Source of the DNA: Vulcanimicrobiota bacterium
GTDB taxonomy: Bacteria; Vulcanimicrobiota; Vulcanimicrobiia; Vulcanimicrobiales; Vulcanimicrobiaceae
Assembly: GCA_963695225.1 (NCBI GenBank)
Contig: OY968762.1
Coordinates: 284,501-348,500 of the forward strand
Direction of reading: 5' to 3'
DNA: 64,000 nucleotides
Part shown: one piece after another, positions 28,887 through 39,967 of the stretch
How the letters are laid out: the number at the start of each line of letters is the position of its first letter
Numbering within the stretch: position 1 is the first letter of the stretch
Translations under genes and position numbers: made by a program
The notes under the pieces: generated by a model
The model's input: only the letters and a program-made list of their open reading frames with translations
What the model was told of the DNA's origin: nothing
The model's database searches: none

Positions 28887-31800
28887 GTGGCGGCGCTTGA
28901 AGAGCTAAAGACAGGGTCTACGGTGAGGGGAGTCCTCTCCAGCGGCGTCGCCACCGTCGTTAGTGTGCAGTGGTACGGTTCCGACGCGGTTGAGCTCACC
29001 TACAAAGACGCGACCGGAAAGGTCGGAAACGAGCTTCTCTACCGCGATAGGGAAGCCGACCTCGAGATCGTCGAGGAAGGGCGCCCGTGGAGCTTCGACG
29101 GAGATGGCGCCCTCTTTCGCCTCGTATCGGAGGCGCAACGCATTCACCTCGCCTATCTGTTCGATCCCGTTCTTGCTGTCCATACGTCGGTAGTAGAACC
29201 GCTGCCGCATCAGATTACCGCCGTCTATGAAAGCATGCTGCCGCGGCAACCACTGCGCTTTCTGCTGGCTGACGACCCGGGAGCCGGGAAGACCATCATG
29301 GCCGGCCTTCTCATTCGTGAACTGATCGCGCGAGGAGACCTGCAGCGATGCTTGATCGTCTGCCCAGGGAGCCTCGCGGAGCAGTGGCAAGACGAACTGT
29401 ACCGGCGCTTCAACCTGCCGTTCGAGATTCTCACGAACGACAAACTCGAGACCGCGCGCACAGGCAACTGGTTCATGGAAACAAATCTAGTGATTGCGCG
29501 GCTCGACAAGTTGTCACGCAATGAAGACCTACAGCAGAAGCTTCAGGCGCCGGATTGTCGGTGGGATCTCATCGTCTGCGATGAGGCGCATAAGATGTCC
29601 GCGACCTTCTTCGGCGGCGAGGTCAAGTACACAAAGCGTTATCGGCTTGGCCAACTCCTCTCTTCGCTAACACGGCATTTCCTGCTCATGACGGCCACGC
29701 CGCATAATGGCAAGGAGGAGGACTTCCAACTCTTCATGGCCCTGCTGGATGGCGATCGTTTTGAGGGCCGATTCCGCGACGGCGCCCATACTGCCGACGT
29801 GTCGGATCTCATGCGCCGCATGGTCAAAGAAAATCTTCTGACTTTCGACGCAAAGCCTCTGTTTCCGGAGCGCTGCGCATATACGGTCCCGTACAAACTG
29901 TCGGACGGCGAGGCCGCGCTCTACAAGGCGGTCACCGAGTACGTGCGTGAGGAGTTCAATCGTGCTGAGGCGCTGGAGAATGACAGGCGCGCTGGAACGG
30001 TCGGGTTCGCTCTCACGATCCTGCAAAGGCGGCTGGCCTCCTCACCGGAGGCGATCTACCAGTCTCTCCGCCGCCGCCGAGAACGCCTCGAAAGCCGGCT
30101 GCGGGAATTGGAGTTGCTTCAGCGCGGAGGCCCAACGGGCGACGCCATCAACGCGCACATCCCCGTATTGGATGACGAAGACGTTGACGACTTGGAAGAC
30201 GCGCCGGATGCGGAAGTCGAGAAAGTTGAGGAGGCGGTCCTTGACGCCGCGACTGCCGCCAGGTCGATCGGAGAGCTCCGGATTGAGATCGGGACGCTAA
30301 AGCGACTCGAGGAATTGGCTTTGTCGATTCGGCGCGGCGGCGACGACAAGAAATGGACTGAGCTCGCGAGCTTGCTCGGAGAGATCTTCAGGCCGGCGTC
30401 CATAATGAATGGTTCGGCGGGGCGGGCGCAGACTGACGATGCGGCCACGTTAGTGCCGCCCACAATCGCCCCATCTCCGCATCAGAAGATCGTCATCTTT
30501 ACCGAACATCGGGACACGCTTAACTACCTTCAGATCCGCATCGGAACGCTGCTGGGGCGATCGCAAGCCATCGTGACAATCCATGGCGGCATGGGACGCG
30601 AGGAACGCTTGAAGGCTCAGGAGGCATTCAAGCACGATCCCGAGGTTCAGGTCTTGCTCGCGACCGATGCGGCGGGCGAGGGCATCAACCTCCAACGCGC
30701 ACACCTGATGGTGAACTACGACCTCCCCTGGAATCCGAATCGGCTGGAACAGCGGTTTGGTCGCATTCATCGGATCGGCCAAACTGAGGTCTGTCACCTT
30801 TGGAACCTGGTCGCGGAAGAAACTCGCGAAGGGGACGTCTATCGCAAGCTGCTCGAAAAGCTCGAGCAGGCGCGTAACGCTTTGGGCGGACAGGTCTTCG
30901 ACGTACTGGGGAAATTGCAATTCGATGGTCGGCCGCTGCGCGAACTGCTCATCGAGGCCATTCGATACGGCGAGAAGCCCGAGGTGCGTGCGCGGCTTAC
31001 GCAAGTCCTTGAGAACGCCCTCGATAGAGAAGCCCTACGGACTCTTCTGGAAGACCACGCGCTGGTGCACGACGCCATGGACGCCTCGCGCGTCTTTCGG
31101 ATACGAGAAGACATGGAACGCGCGGAGGCACGCCGGCTACAGCCGCACTACGTCGAGTCATTCTTTCTGGAGGCATTTCGTCGCCTTGGTGGCGCTGTGC
31201 GGCAGCGCGAAGCAGGACGCTATGAGATCACGCACGTCCCAGCTGTCGTCCGAAGCCGCGACCGCCTTATTGGCGTGGGCGAGCCAGTGCTGCCGCGGTA
31301 CGAACGCATTGCCTTCGCGAAGGCGCTCGTAGCCCCTCAGGGGCAACCGTTGGCGGCCTTCGTCTGCCCGGGCCATCCGCTCCTTAGTTCCGTCATTGAT
31401 ATCACCCTTGAGCGTCACCGTGATCTATTACGACGTGGAGCCATACTTGTTGACGAACGAGACCTCGGCACAGAGCCGCGCATCCTTTTCTTTCTAGAAC
31501 ATGCTATCCAAGATACTGGAATAACGAAGAGCGGGGATCGGCGCATTGTATCGAAGCGCCTGCTCTTTGTCGAAATCGGCAAGGACGGCATTCCACGCCA
31601 TATTAACTACGCCCCATATCTCGACTACCGTCCGCTGGCGGAAAGCGAACCCGGTATCGACGCCATCCTAAGACGTCCCCAGTGCACCTGGATCACGCGT
31701 GACCTTGAGGCAAATGCGCAGGCGTATGCGATCGCAAAGGTGGTTCCTGAGCATCTCTCGGAGGTACGCGATCGCAAGATCGCGCTACTCGCCAAGACCG

Positions 31801-32483
31801 AGGCTGCGGTCAAGGACCGCCTCACGAAGGAAATCAACTACTGGGACTTTCGCGCGGAGCAGCTCAAGGAACAGGAGCGGGCCGGCAAAGCTAACGCAAG
31901 GCTGAACTCGGGTGAAGCGCGTAAGCGCGCGGACGACCTTCAGGCGCGACTCCAAAAGCGGCTCGAGGAGATCAAGCGAGAGCGCCAGCTAGCCCCGCTG
32001 CCGCCCGTCGTGCTCGGCGGGTTGCTGGTGGTGCCGATCGGACTGATCAGGGAAATCAGAGGGACTCCCCCAGTTACCTCGCAAGGCGCAGTTGATACGC
32101 AGGCTGCGGCTGCGAGGGCTCGCGAAATCGTTATGGAGATCGAGCGTGGGCTTGGCTTCGCGCCGGTCGACCGCGAATTTGAAAAGCTTGGCTACGACAT
32201 CGAAAGCGCCATCCCCGGGACTGGACGGCTTCGCTTCCTTGAAGTTAAAGGTCGCATAGCCGATGCCGACACGGTCACCGTAACTAAGAACGAAATTCTG
32301 TATTCGCTCAACAAGCCTGACGACTTCATCCTCGCCATGGTCGCTTTCGGCGCCGACGGGGCGCACGAGGTTCGTTACCTGCGCCGTCCGTTCCACGAAA
32401 AAGGCGTAACGACTGACTTTGCCGGGGCCACCGTCAATTTTCCCTTCGCGCAACTACTCGCTGAAGCGGCTCCACCGGCGTGA
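28887..32483 (+). CDS. SNF2-family helicase with C-terminal DUF3883-type (PD-(D/E)xK-like) domain
   Basis: AGGAGGA lies 5 nt upstream of the GTG start. DDPGAGKT (motif I) and VCDEAHKM (motif II), then helicase-C motifs ([25 protein letters not shown]). The C-terminus GYDIES...LRFLEVKG fits a D..ExK nuclease-like core. Confidence 0.85.
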   Translation: MAALEELKTGSTVRGVLSSGVATVVSVQWYGSDAVELTYKDATGKVGNELLYRDREADLEIVEEGRPWSFDGDGALFRLVSEAQRIHLAYLFDPVLAVHTSVVEPLPHQITAVYESMLPRQPLRFLLADDPGAGKTIMAGLLIRELIARGDLQRCLIVCPGSLAEQWQDELYRRFNLPFEILTNDKLETARTGNWFMETNLVIARLDKLSRNEDLQQKLQAPDCRWDLIVCDEAHKMSATFFGGEVKYTKRYRLGQLLSSLTRHFLLMTATPHNGKEEDFQLFMALLDGDRFEGRFRDGAHTADVSDLMRRMVKENLLTFDAKPLFPERCAYTVPYKLSDGEAALYKAVTEYVREEFNRAEALENDRRAGTVGFALTILQRRLASSPEAIYQSLRRRRERLESRLRELELLQRGGPTGDAINAHIPVLDDEDVDDLEDAPDAEVEKVEEAVLDAATAARSIGELRIEIGTLKRLEELALSIRRGGDDKKWTELASLLGEIFRPASIMNGSAGRAQTDDAATLVPPTIAPSPHQKIVIFTEHRDTLNYLQIRIGTLLGRSQAIVTIHGGMGREERLKAQEAFKHDPEVQVLLATDAAGEGINLQRAHLMVNYDLPWNPNRLEQRFGRIHRIGQTEVCHLWNLVAEETREGDVYRKLLEKLEQARNALGGQVFDVLGKLQFDGRPLRELLIEAIRYGEKPEVRARLTQVLENALDREALRTLLEDHALVHDAMDASRVFRIREDMERAEARRLQPHYVESFFLEAFRRLGGAVRQREAGRYEITHVPAVVRSRDRLIGVGEPVLPRYERIAFAKALVAPQGQPLAAFVCPGHPLLSSVIDITLERHRDLLRRGAILVDERDLGTEPRILFFLEHAIQDTGITKSGDRRIVSKRLLFVEIGKDGIPRHINYAPYLDYRPLAESEPGIDAILRRPQCTWITRDLEANAQAYAIAKVVPEHLSEVRDRKIALLAKTEAAVKDRLTKEINYWDFRAEQLKEQERAGKANARLNSGEARKRADDLQARLQKRLEEIKRERQLAPLPPVVLGGLLVVPIGLIREIRGTPPVTSQGAVDTQAAAARAREIVMEIERGLGFAPVDREFEKLGYDIESAIPGTGRLRFLEVKGRIADADTVTVTKNEILYSLNKPDDFILAMVAFGADGAHEVRYLRRPFHEKGVTTDFAGATVNFPFAQLLAEAAPPA

Positions 32484-32499
32484 GAAATGGTCTTCCCAT

Positions 32500-35400
32500 A
32501 TGATCGTAAAGACACGAAGAAAACTCATCGAAGTAGCCCTGCCGCTCGACGCAATCAACAAGGCTTGCGCGCGGGAGAAGTCGATCCGTCACGGGCATCC
32601 AAGCACACTGCATTTATGGTGGGCGAGGCGGCCGCTAGCGGCAGCGCGGGCAGTGATCTTCGCTCAAATGGTCGACGATCCGTCGGAATACGTAGATGTG
32701 CTCCGCGCGGACCCGAAGCTGCACCGTAAGGCGGAGACCGCGCTTAAAGCCCGACTGAAGCTTTGGGAGGAAGCCCTTTCCCTCGCCAAGAGGGCCGAGG
32801 GAACGGGGCTTTCGGTCCCGGAACCGGGGCCGGCACCGACCCTCGTCGATATGCTTGAAGATCTGGAGCGCCAGAGGCTCTTCCGAATAATCGAAGATCT
32901 CGTGGTCTGGGAAAACACGACTAACGAAATGGTTCTGCAGGCTGCTCGGGACGAGATCTGGGCAAGCTGGCGTCGCGCCTGCGCGGAGAATGTTGACAAC
33001 CCTCGCGCGAAGGAACTTTTTGATCGCAATGAGCTTCCGGCTTTCCATGACCCCTTCGCCGGTGGCGGTGCGCTGCCGCTCGAGGCGCAGCGGCTGGGGC
33101 TCGAGAGCTACGCCAGCGACCTGAACCCGGTAGCGGTGCTGATTAACAAAGCGATGATCGAGATCCCGCCGAGGTTCGCGGGGAAGCCGCCGGTGAATCC
33201 GGAGTCGCTCGGGGAGGAGTCTCTCATCTCCCGAGATTGGAAGGGCGCTCAGGGCCTCGCCGAGGACGTGCGCTATTACAGCCGGTGGATGCGCAACGAG
33301 GCTGAGAAGCGCATCGGCCACCTGTACCCTAAGGTCGAAGTCACCGCCGAGATGGCGAAGACGCGGCCGGACCTTAAGCCGTACCTTGGTCAAAAGCTCA
33401 CCGTGATAGCCTGGCTTTGGGCCCGCACGGTGAAGAGTCCGAACCCGGCATTCGCGCATGTGGACGTGCCGCTCGCCTCAACCTTTATGCTCTCAACCAA
33501 AGCGGGCAAGGAGGCGTATGTCGAGCCGGTGATTGAGAACGGCGGCTATGGTTTCACGGTAAAGGTTGGAAAGCCGAAGGATGTGGAGGCGGCGAAGATC
33601 GGCACGAAGCCGGGCAGCAGCGGGGGCAGCTTCCTCTGCTTGATGTCGGGGACGCCGATACCGTTTGAGTATCTTCGGTCGGAGGCCAAGGCTGGCCGCA
33701 TGGGCGCGAGGCTAATGGCTATCGTCGCAGAGGGCAACCGAGGCCGGGTCTATCTCGCGCCAACGGCGGAAGCAGAAGCGATCGCTTTGAGCGCGCACCC
33801 AACCGATGTGCCGGAGGCCGAATTGCCTCCGAAGGCGCTTGGTTTTCGTGTTCAGGAATACGGGATGACGCGCTGGCGCGACCTTTTCACTCTCCGCCAG
33901 CTTGCAGCATTGACGACTTTCGCTGACCTGGTGCAGGAGGCGCGCGAGCAGGTGCAGCGCGACGCAATTGCCGCCGGTCTTCCCGATGACGGCCGGCCAC
34001 TCCGCGATCGTGGCGCAGGCGCGACCGCCTACGTTGATGCAGTCGCGGTGTACCTTGCGTTCGCGCTCAGTAAAGTTACTGACCTTGCGAATACGATCGT
34101 AACGTGGCGTACTGACCGCGAATCATCATACCACCTGTTTTCGCGACAGGCGATCCCGATGAGTTGGGATTACTGCGAGCTTAACGCGCTCCTGAAGGGG
34201 ACTGGAAGTCTGATAGGTGCTGCTGATTGGACTGCCGAGAGCATCGAGGGCGTCGCTGCTGGTTATGGTTCACCTTTCGGTGATGCCCGCCAACATGATG
34301 CAACGCGGCAGGACACGTCGCGCGGCAAGGTGGTTTCCACAGACCCCCCTTACTACGACAACATCGGTTACGCAGATCTTTCCGACTTCTTTTATGTCTG
34401 GTTGCGGCGCTCGTTGCGACCGGTCTTTCCGGAGCTCTTCGCGACTCTCGCTGTTCCGAAAGCGGAAGAGCTGGTTGCTACGCCGTTTCGTCATGGCAGC
34501 AAGGAAAAGGCGGAGGCGTTCTTTCTCCACGGCATGACTCAGGCGATGCACCGCCTCGCCGAGCAGGCACATGCTGCGTTCCCGGTTACTATTTACTACG
34601 CTTTCAAGCAATCCGAAACCCAAACTGCGGAAGGCATCTCGAGCACGGGCTGGGAGACGTTCCTCGACGCAGTGATTAGCGCTGGATTCGCAATAACTGG
34701 CACGTGGCCGATGCGCACGGAACTTGGCAATCGCATGGTGGGCTCAGGCACAAACGCCCTCGCCTCCAGCATCGTGCTCGTCTGCCGCGCGCGCGCGGCG
34801 GACGCGCCCTCGGCGACGCGCCGCGAGTTTGTCGCCGCGCTCAGAGCCGAGCTGCCAGTAGCGCTCGCCCACTTGCAGCGCGGAAACATCGCGCCCGTGG
34901 ACCTCGCACAGGCGGCTATCGGCCCTGGCATGTCGGTTTACACCCGCTACATCAAGGTGCTCGACGCCGAAGGTAAGCCGCTTAGCGTGAGCGAGGCTTT
35001 GGCACTCATCAACCAGATTCTCGACGAGGCGCTGGCCGAACAGGAGGGCGACTTCGACGCCGATAGCCGCTGGGCGATCACTTGGTTCGAGCAGATGGGC
35101 TTTACAGAGGGCGAATACGGCGTGGCGGAACAGCTCTCAAAGTCCAAAAACACCAGCGTCGTCGGCATGGTCGAGGCTGGCATCCTCGAGTCGAAGCGCG
35201 GCAAGGTGCGACTACTTAAGCCCGACGAGCTGTCCTCCAACTTGAGCCCGGCCAAGGACTCACGCCTAAGCGCGTGGGCGATCGTCCACCACCTGGTCGG
35301 GGCGCTCGCGAGCCGAGGCGAGAGTGCAGCCGCGGGGCTCGTCGCCACGCTCGGAGCGAACGCCGAGATCGCCCGCGAGCTGGCCTACCGACTATATACC

Positions 35401-35544
35401 CTCTGCGAGCGCAAGAAACGGGCGGGGGAGGCGCTCGCCTACAACGGCCTCGTACAAAGCTGGCCGGAGATCGTTCGCATTGCGCGCGAGGGCGCAAAGC
35501 AACAGCCTGCGCAAGCCGGCTTATTTGAAGAAGCGGAGAGCTGA
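32500..35544 (+). CDS. DUF1156-type DNA methyltransferase (amino-MTase, DPPY)
   Basis: The N-terminal [19 protein letters not shown] is the DUF1156 signature. DPFAGGG is the AdoMet loop and [12 protein letters not shown] is catalytic motif IV. 16 nt downstream of the helicase gene. Confidence 0.85.
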   Translation: MIVKTRRKLIEVALPLDAINKACAREKSIRHGHPSTLHLWWARRPLAAARAVIFAQMVDDPSEYVDVLRADPKLHRKAETALKARLKLWEEALSLAKRAEGTGLSVPEPGPAPTLVDMLEDLERQRLFRIIEDLVVWENTTNEMVLQAARDEIWASWRRACAENVDNPRAKELFDRNELPAFHDPFAGGGALPLEAQRLGLESYASDLNPVAVLINKAMIEIPPRFAGKPPVNPESLGEESLISRDWKGAQGLAEDVRYYSRWMRNEAEKRIGHLYPKVEVTAEMAKTRPDLKPYLGQKLTVIAWLWARTVKSPNPAFAHVDVPLASTFMLSTKAGKEAYVEPVIENGGYGFTVKVGKPKDVEAAKIGTKPGSSGGSFLCLMSGTPIPFEYLRSEAKAGRMGARLMAIVAEGNRGRVYLAPTAEAEAIALSAHPTDVPEAELPPKALGFRVQEYGMTRWRDLFTLRQLAALTTFADLVQEAREQVQRDAIAAGLPDDGRPLRDRGAGATAYVDAVAVYLAFALSKVTDLANTIVTWRTDRESSYHLFSRQAIPMSWDYCELNALLKGTGSLIGAADWTAESIEGVAAGYGSPFGDARQHDATRQDTSRGKVVSTDPPYYDNIGYADLSDFFYVWLRRSLRPVFPELFATLAVPKAEELVATPFRHGSKEKAEAFFLHGMTQAMHRLAEQAHAAFPVTIYYAFKQSETQTAEGISSTGWETFLDAVISAGFAITGTWPMRTELGNRMVGSGTNALASSIVLVCRARAADAPSATRREFVAALRAELPVALAHLQRGNIAPVDLAQAAIGPGMSVYTRYIKVLDAEGKPLSVSEALALINQILDEALAEQEGDFDADSRWAITWFEQMGFTEGEYGVAEQLSKSKNTSVVGMVEAGILESKRGKVRLLKPDELSSNLSPAKDSRLSAWAIVHHLVGALASRGESAAAGLVATLGANAEIARELAYRLYTLCERKKRAGEALAYNGLVQSWPEIVRIAREGAKQQPAQAGLFEEAES

Positions 35545-35547
35545 TTC

Positions 35548-38500
35548 ATGGCCGTAACCAACCAAGAGCGCGTAGGCAAGGCGATGGAGCTGCTCCGAGC
35601 GGGGCTCGCACCTTTCGTCGAGCGCGAAGTGCAGTCTGCCATCAAGGCTGGAACCGTTCGCATGGACGCGGTGCGCCGTTTTGCTGAAGACCCGATCCTA
35701 AGCAACAAGCCGATCGAGCAATGGGACGTTGCTGGCCTACTGAAGCTAATGTGGGAAACCTGGAACGACGTATTCAGGCGCACGTTGGGCTTTGCCGAAC
35801 GCAGTTTGGTAAGCGAGTTGCGTGATGTTCGCAACAAATGGGCGCATCAGGAGCCGTTTTCCAGCGATGATACGGACCGCGCCCTCGACTCGATGAATCG
35901 CCTGCTGGCGGCCATCTCCGCGCCACAAGCCGACGAGGTCGGCAAGATGAAGATGGAATTGCGCCGCCTTGTTTTCGACGAGCAGGTACGGTCTGAAAAG
36001 CGCAGGGTCGGGGGCTCGCTGATCGAGCCGGCGTCGGCCGGCAACTTAAGACCGTGGCGCGAAGTCGTAACCCCGCACGCCGACGTTGCCAGTGGTGGAT
36101 ATCAGCAGGCCGAGTTCGCGGCCGACCTCTGGCAAGTACATCTCGGCGAGGGGAGCGACGAATACCGGAAACCAGCCGAGTTCTTCCGTCGTACCTTCTT
36201 GACGGAAAGCCTTGCGCGGCTGCTGGTCGGCGCAGTGCAGCGGCTTTCCGGCCGAGGCGGCGACCCCGTAGTGCAACTCCAAACGAACTTCGGCGGCGGC
36301 AAGACGCACTCAATGCTAGCGCTGTATCACCTCTTTGGCGGCGCTGCGCCGGGCGAAATGCCAGGCATCGACGCGGTGCTCGGCGAGGCGGGCGTAAAGG
36401 CCCTACCCAAAGCCAAGCGAGTCGTGCTTGTTGGCAACAAGATCTCTCCGGGCAATCCCGTCAAGAAACCCGACGGCACGATCGTGCGCACGCTCTGGGG
36501 GGAGCTTGCCTATCAACTGGGCGGCAAAGAGGCTTTCGCGCGAATAGCCAAGGACGACGAGAGCGCGACGAACCCAGGCGACCTGCTGCGCGAATTGTTT
36601 GTAGAGTATGGCCCTTGTCTCGTGCTGGTGGACGAATGGGTCGCCTATGCGCGCCAGCTTCACGATCAAAGTGACCTACCGGCTGGTGGATTCGAGACGC
36701 AGTTCACCTTCGCGCAGGCGCTGACTGAATCGGCGAAGCTTGCCAAGAACTGCCTTCTCGTTATCTCGTTGCCGGCGTCAGATACAACTGGGTCGCCCCA
36801 CACGCAAGCCGACGACGTGGAAGTCGGAGGCGTTCGGGGGCGCGAGGCGCTTGATCGCCTCCGAAACGTCGTGGGACGTGTCGAGGCGTCGTGGCGACCA
36901 GCTACCGCAGAAGAAGGTTTCGAAATCGTCCGGCGCCGCCTGTTCGAGTCGATGGCCGCCGAGATGTTCAAACAGCGCGATCTCACTGCGCGCGCCTTCG
37001 GCGATCTCTATCAAGCGCAGGCTGCGGAGTTTCCGCCGGAATGCCGCAGCGCGGACTACGAGAAACGAATTAAAGCTGCCTATCCCATCCATCCGGAGAT
37101 ATTCGACCGCCTCTACACGGATTGGTCGACGCTCGTAAAGTTTCAGCGCACCCGTGGCGTTCTGCGACTGATGGCCGCCGTGATCCACAGCCTGTGGGAG
37201 AAGGGCGACCGCAGCCCGCTGATTATGCCTTCGACGATTCCGATTGATGATCCACGCATACAGTTCGAGCTCACGAGGTATCTCTCTGATAACTGGGTGC
37301 CGATCATCGAAAAGGACGTTGACGGCCCCAACTCGTTGCCGCTGCGGATCGACGCCGAAGTGCCGAATCTTGGTAAGCTGTCAGCGACGCGACGCGTAGC
37401 GCGCACGATCTACCTCGGCTCCGCACCCACCGCAACCGCAGCCCATCGAGGCCTAGAAGACCGCCGGGTGAAGCTCGGCTGCGTTATGCCGGGAGAACCG
37501 CCGGCGGTTTTCGGTGATGCGTTGCGACGTCTTGCAGCTGCCGCCACTTATCTCTACCAGGATGGCCCACGGGTTTGGTACTCTACGCAGCCGACCGTCA
37601 CGAAGCTGGCGGAAGACCGCGCCGAGCAGTTGAAGCGCGATCCCGACAAAGTTGGCGCTGAGCTCGACCTGCGCGTTCGCAATGATCTGAAGCGAAGCGG
37701 CGACTTTTCACGCATCCACGCTCTTCCGCGATCTGGCGCCGACGTGCCTGACGATCTCGATGCGCGTCTCGTTGTGCTGCCGGCCGAGTTTCCGTACAGT
37801 AAAGATAGTGGGAACTCAGCCGAGTCGGCTGCGAAAGCAGTCCTCGAAGCACGTGGAAACACGCCGCGCCTCTATCAGAACACTCTTGTGTTCCTCGCCG
37901 CCGACAAGGTGCGACTTCAGGACCTCGACGAGGCCTTGCGCAGATTCCTGGCCTGGTCTTCCATCGTGGCCGAGACGGTTACGCTTAATCTCGACCCACA
38001 CCAAGCTCGCCAGGCGGAGGTGCAAAAGAAGACGGCGGATGACACGGTGAACGCACGGTTGCCGGAAACGTATCAGTGGCTCCTTGTGCCCGAGCAATCC
38101 ACACCGCAGTCTCCCGTCACGTGGCAGGCGTTGCGGCTAACGGGCGGCGATGCGCTCGCGGCTCGCGCCAGCAAGAAGGTTCGCAGCGACGAACTGCTGA
38201 TCTCAAGCCTCGGCTCCACAATCCTGCGCAAGCACCTGGATGACGTCCCATTGTGGCGTGGCGACTCCGTGGCAGTTAAGCAACTCGTGGACGATTTCGC
38301 TCGTTACCTGTACCTTCCGCGCCTTGCCGGGCCCGAGGTTCTCGCCCGTGCGATCGCTGATGGCGTTGCCCTTCTCACTTGGCGCACGGATACGTTCGGC
38401 TACGCGGAAAGCTATGTTGACGCAGCCGGGCGATATCGGGGGCTGCGAGGCGGCCTCGCCATGAACATTCTGCCCGACAACCCTGGGGTACTGGTCAAAC

Positions 38501-38871
38501 CGGACATCGCGGCCCGACAGCTGGACGCCGAGACTCCGCGACCCAGCATTTCACCGATAATACCGAAGCCCGAAGGGCCGGTGCCTGGAGGTGCAGCTGA
38601 AGGCGGTGTAGCGACAGAGATCTCCTCGGCCAAGCAGCTCAAGAGATTTCATGGCTCGGTGCAGGTCGATTCCACGCGAGTCGGGCGCGACGCTGGACGA
38701 ATCGCCGACGAGGTTATCGCGCATCTCGTGGGTCAAGTGGGCGCAGAGGTTAAGGTGAGCATCGAAATCGAGGCTTGGCTCCCAAACGGGGCGAGCGATC
38801 ACCTAGTGCGTACCGTTACTGAGAATAGCCGGACTCTTAAGTTTGACGCGCATGGGTTCGAAATTGAATGA
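35548..38871 (+). CDS. Swt1-like HEPN domain fused to DUF499-type P-loop ATPase
   Basis: The N-terminal ~120 aa contain LRDVRNKWAHQ (Rx4H HEPN motif). FGGGKTHS Walker A and LVLVDEW Walker B follow, with a long C-terminal region. Starts 3 nt after the MTase stop. Confidence 0.8.
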   Translation: MAVTNQERVGKAMELLRAGLAPFVEREVQSAIKAGTVRMDAVRRFAEDPILSNKPIEQWDVAGLLKLMWETWNDVFRRTLGFAERSLVSELRDVRNKWAHQEPFSSDDTDRALDSMNRLLAAISAPQADEVGKMKMELRRLVFDEQVRSEKRRVGGSLIEPASAGNLRPWREVVTPHADVASGGYQQAEFAADLWQVHLGEGSDEYRKPAEFFRRTFLTESLARLLVGAVQRLSGRGGDPVVQLQTNFGGGKTHSMLALYHLFGGAAPGEMPGIDAVLGEAGVKALPKAKRVVLVGNKISPGNPVKKPDGTIVRTLWGELAYQLGGKEAFARIAKDDESATNPGDLLRELFVEYGPCLVLVDEWVAYARQLHDQSDLPAGGFETQFTFAQALTESAKLAKNCLLVISLPASDTTGSPHTQADDVEVGGVRGREALDRLRNVVGRVEASWRPATAEEGFEIVRRRLFESMAAEMFKQRDLTARAFGDLYQAQAAEFPPECRSADYEKRIKAAYPIHPEIFDRLYTDWSTLVKFQRTRGVLRLMAAVIHSLWEKGDRSPLIMPSTIPIDDPRIQFELTRYLSDNWVPIIEKDVDGPNSLPLRIDAEVPNLGKLSATRRVARTIYLGSAPTATAAHRGLEDRRVKLGCVMPGEPPAVFGDALRRLAAAATYLYQDGPRVWYSTQPTVTKLAEDRAEQLKRDPDKVGAELDLRVRNDLKRSGDFSRIHALPRSGADVPDDLDARLVVLPAEFPYSKDSGNSAESAAKAVLEARGNTPRLYQNTLVFLAADKVRLQDLDEALRRFLAWSSIVAETVTLNLDPHQARQAEVQKKTADDTVNARLPETYQWLLVPEQSTPQSPVTWQALRLTGGDALAARASKKVRSDELLISSLGSTILRKHLDDVPLWRGDSVAVKQLVDDFARYLYLPRLAGPEVLARAIADGVALLTWRTDTFGYAESYVDAAGRYRGLRGGLAMNILPDNPGVLVKPDIAARQLDAETPRPSISPIIPKPEGPVPGGAAEGGVATEISSAKQLKRFHGSVQVDSTRVGRDAGRIADEVIAHLVGQVGAEVKVSIEIEAWLPNGASDHLVRTVTENSRTLKFDAHGFEIE

Positions 38872-39253
38872 GGGCTCTAACAAGCGCTGGCTGCGACCGC
38901 ACTACGGCGCGACGGGGCTTCCCGTTGCCATTCGCAAACGCCTTAGCCGCTGCATAGAACTTGCCGTTTTTGGTCGGTGCGCCCGAAGGAAGATGCTTTG
39001 CTTGGTCCACGGACTTCGGATCGACACCGACGCTTCCCGGCACATCGTGTCCGTGGTGAATGATTGTGCTGCCGTCGTCGAGTGCTTCATCCTCGTCCGG
39101 CGCATTGTTCCGAAGGGACATTAGGATGACGGAATGCCTACCCAGGACCTGGTAGTTCATCCCTCGCTGAAGATTCAGCCCTTCACGACTGCACAATTCG
39201 GAATGCGAAATGAGATCAAGGAAATCCATCGAGCCCCTCGTTTGCTCATTCAT
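38837..39253 (-). CDS. small SRA/YDG-like (PUA-fold) domain protein, possibly truncated
   Basis: LQRGMNY...SVILMSLRNNAPDEDEALDDGSTIIHHGHD resembles the G-I/M...S-I-V-L-S...Y-x-D-D...Y-T-G-x-G pattern of SRA/YDG modules seen in type IV restriction proteins. The last ~12 codons overlap the DUF499 3' end and look like read-through. Confidence 0.3.
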   Translation of the reverse strand: MNEQTRGSMDFLDLISHSELCSREGLNLQRGMNYQVLGRHSVILMSLRNNAPDEDEALDDGSTIIHHGHDVPGSVGVDPKSVDQAKHLPSGAPTKNGKFYAAAKAFANGNGKPRRAVVRSQPALVRALIQFRTHARQT

Positions 39254-39342
39254 CGTTGCCTACGTCTGGTTTTCGTGTAACCGTATGCCAAGCTATCGCC
39301 AAAAGCAACTCAGGTTCACTGTGGTTGAGGATCTTAAGGTGC

Positions 39343-39966
39343 TCACGCCGGCATTCTACTTTGCTCACGATAGTTCGGGCAATCGAGCAGTCTCAGGAAG
39401 CGGCGAAATGATCTGGAGTTTCGTGCCATGGTCAGCGGATCAGCTATCTTAAGAAGTCTCGCAGCGTCAGCGACCTTATCGTACTGCCGGTTCTGATTCC
39501 TTGCGCTTGCTGCAGCCTTTAGCACCCGAGTTGCGTCTGCGTTATCAGCGCTGCCCGTTAGCGTTCTAATTGCTGCTTTGGAGAGCGGTCCCAGCACCTG
39601 CTGTAGCGCCTCTGGATCGGCGGCAAGCCAATTCTCAAACTGGTTCACCTTAATAACGGCGCTAACGGAGCACGGTAGCGAGAATGTGAGGCCCTCGAGT
39701 CTCGCTGTGAGTTCTGCAGCCCACGCGACGCAGCAGCAATCGCGACCATCCAGGTCGAGAAGAACGATAACGTGGCGAGCACCCTTACGCAGAAGCGAAT
39801 CCTGCACCGTCTTCCGCACACGGGCGGCCAATTGGCCGGCTGGTGCATGTGGCTGCAGGTCGGCCTTTGCAATCCCGACGAGCTGATGAGGCACTTTGAT
39901 TCGAGGGACAAGAAGAGGAAGCGCGTGATATTCCGATACACCGTCCACGATTAGCCCTGTGCCCAT
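39343..39966 (-). CDS. DUF4276-like protein (Toprim-like features)
   Basis: From ATG 39966: LIVDGVSEYHALP (conserved Glu), VLLDLDGRD (DxD) and FENWLAADPEAL fit DUF4276. It lies immediately downstream of the ABC-type ATPase gene. Confidence 0.6.
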   Translation of the reverse strand: MGTGLIVDGVSEYHALPLLVPRIKVPHQLVGIAKADLQPHAPAGQLAARVRKTVQDSLLRKGARHVIVLLDLDGRDCCCVAWAAELTARLEGLTFSLPCSVSAVIKVNQFENWLAADPEALQQVLGPLSKAAIRTLTGSADNADATRVLKAAASARNQNRQYDKVADAARLLKIADPLTMARNSRSFRRFLRLLDCPNYREQSRMPA

Positions 39967-39967
39967 T

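Noticed and set aside
28482-28999. ORFs 28482..28736 (+) and 28646..28999 (-) in the gap before the helicase gene.
   Set aside because: No SD and no recognisable features. One overlaps the helicase start antisense. The region is more likely leader or regulatory sequence.
32635-38802. Numerous 60-270 aa antisense and alternative-frame ORFs inside the methyltransferase and DUF499 genes (for example 32635..33459, 35774..36313, 36054..36674).
   Set aside because: They are fully contained in long genes with strong motif support and have a compositionally skewed translation.
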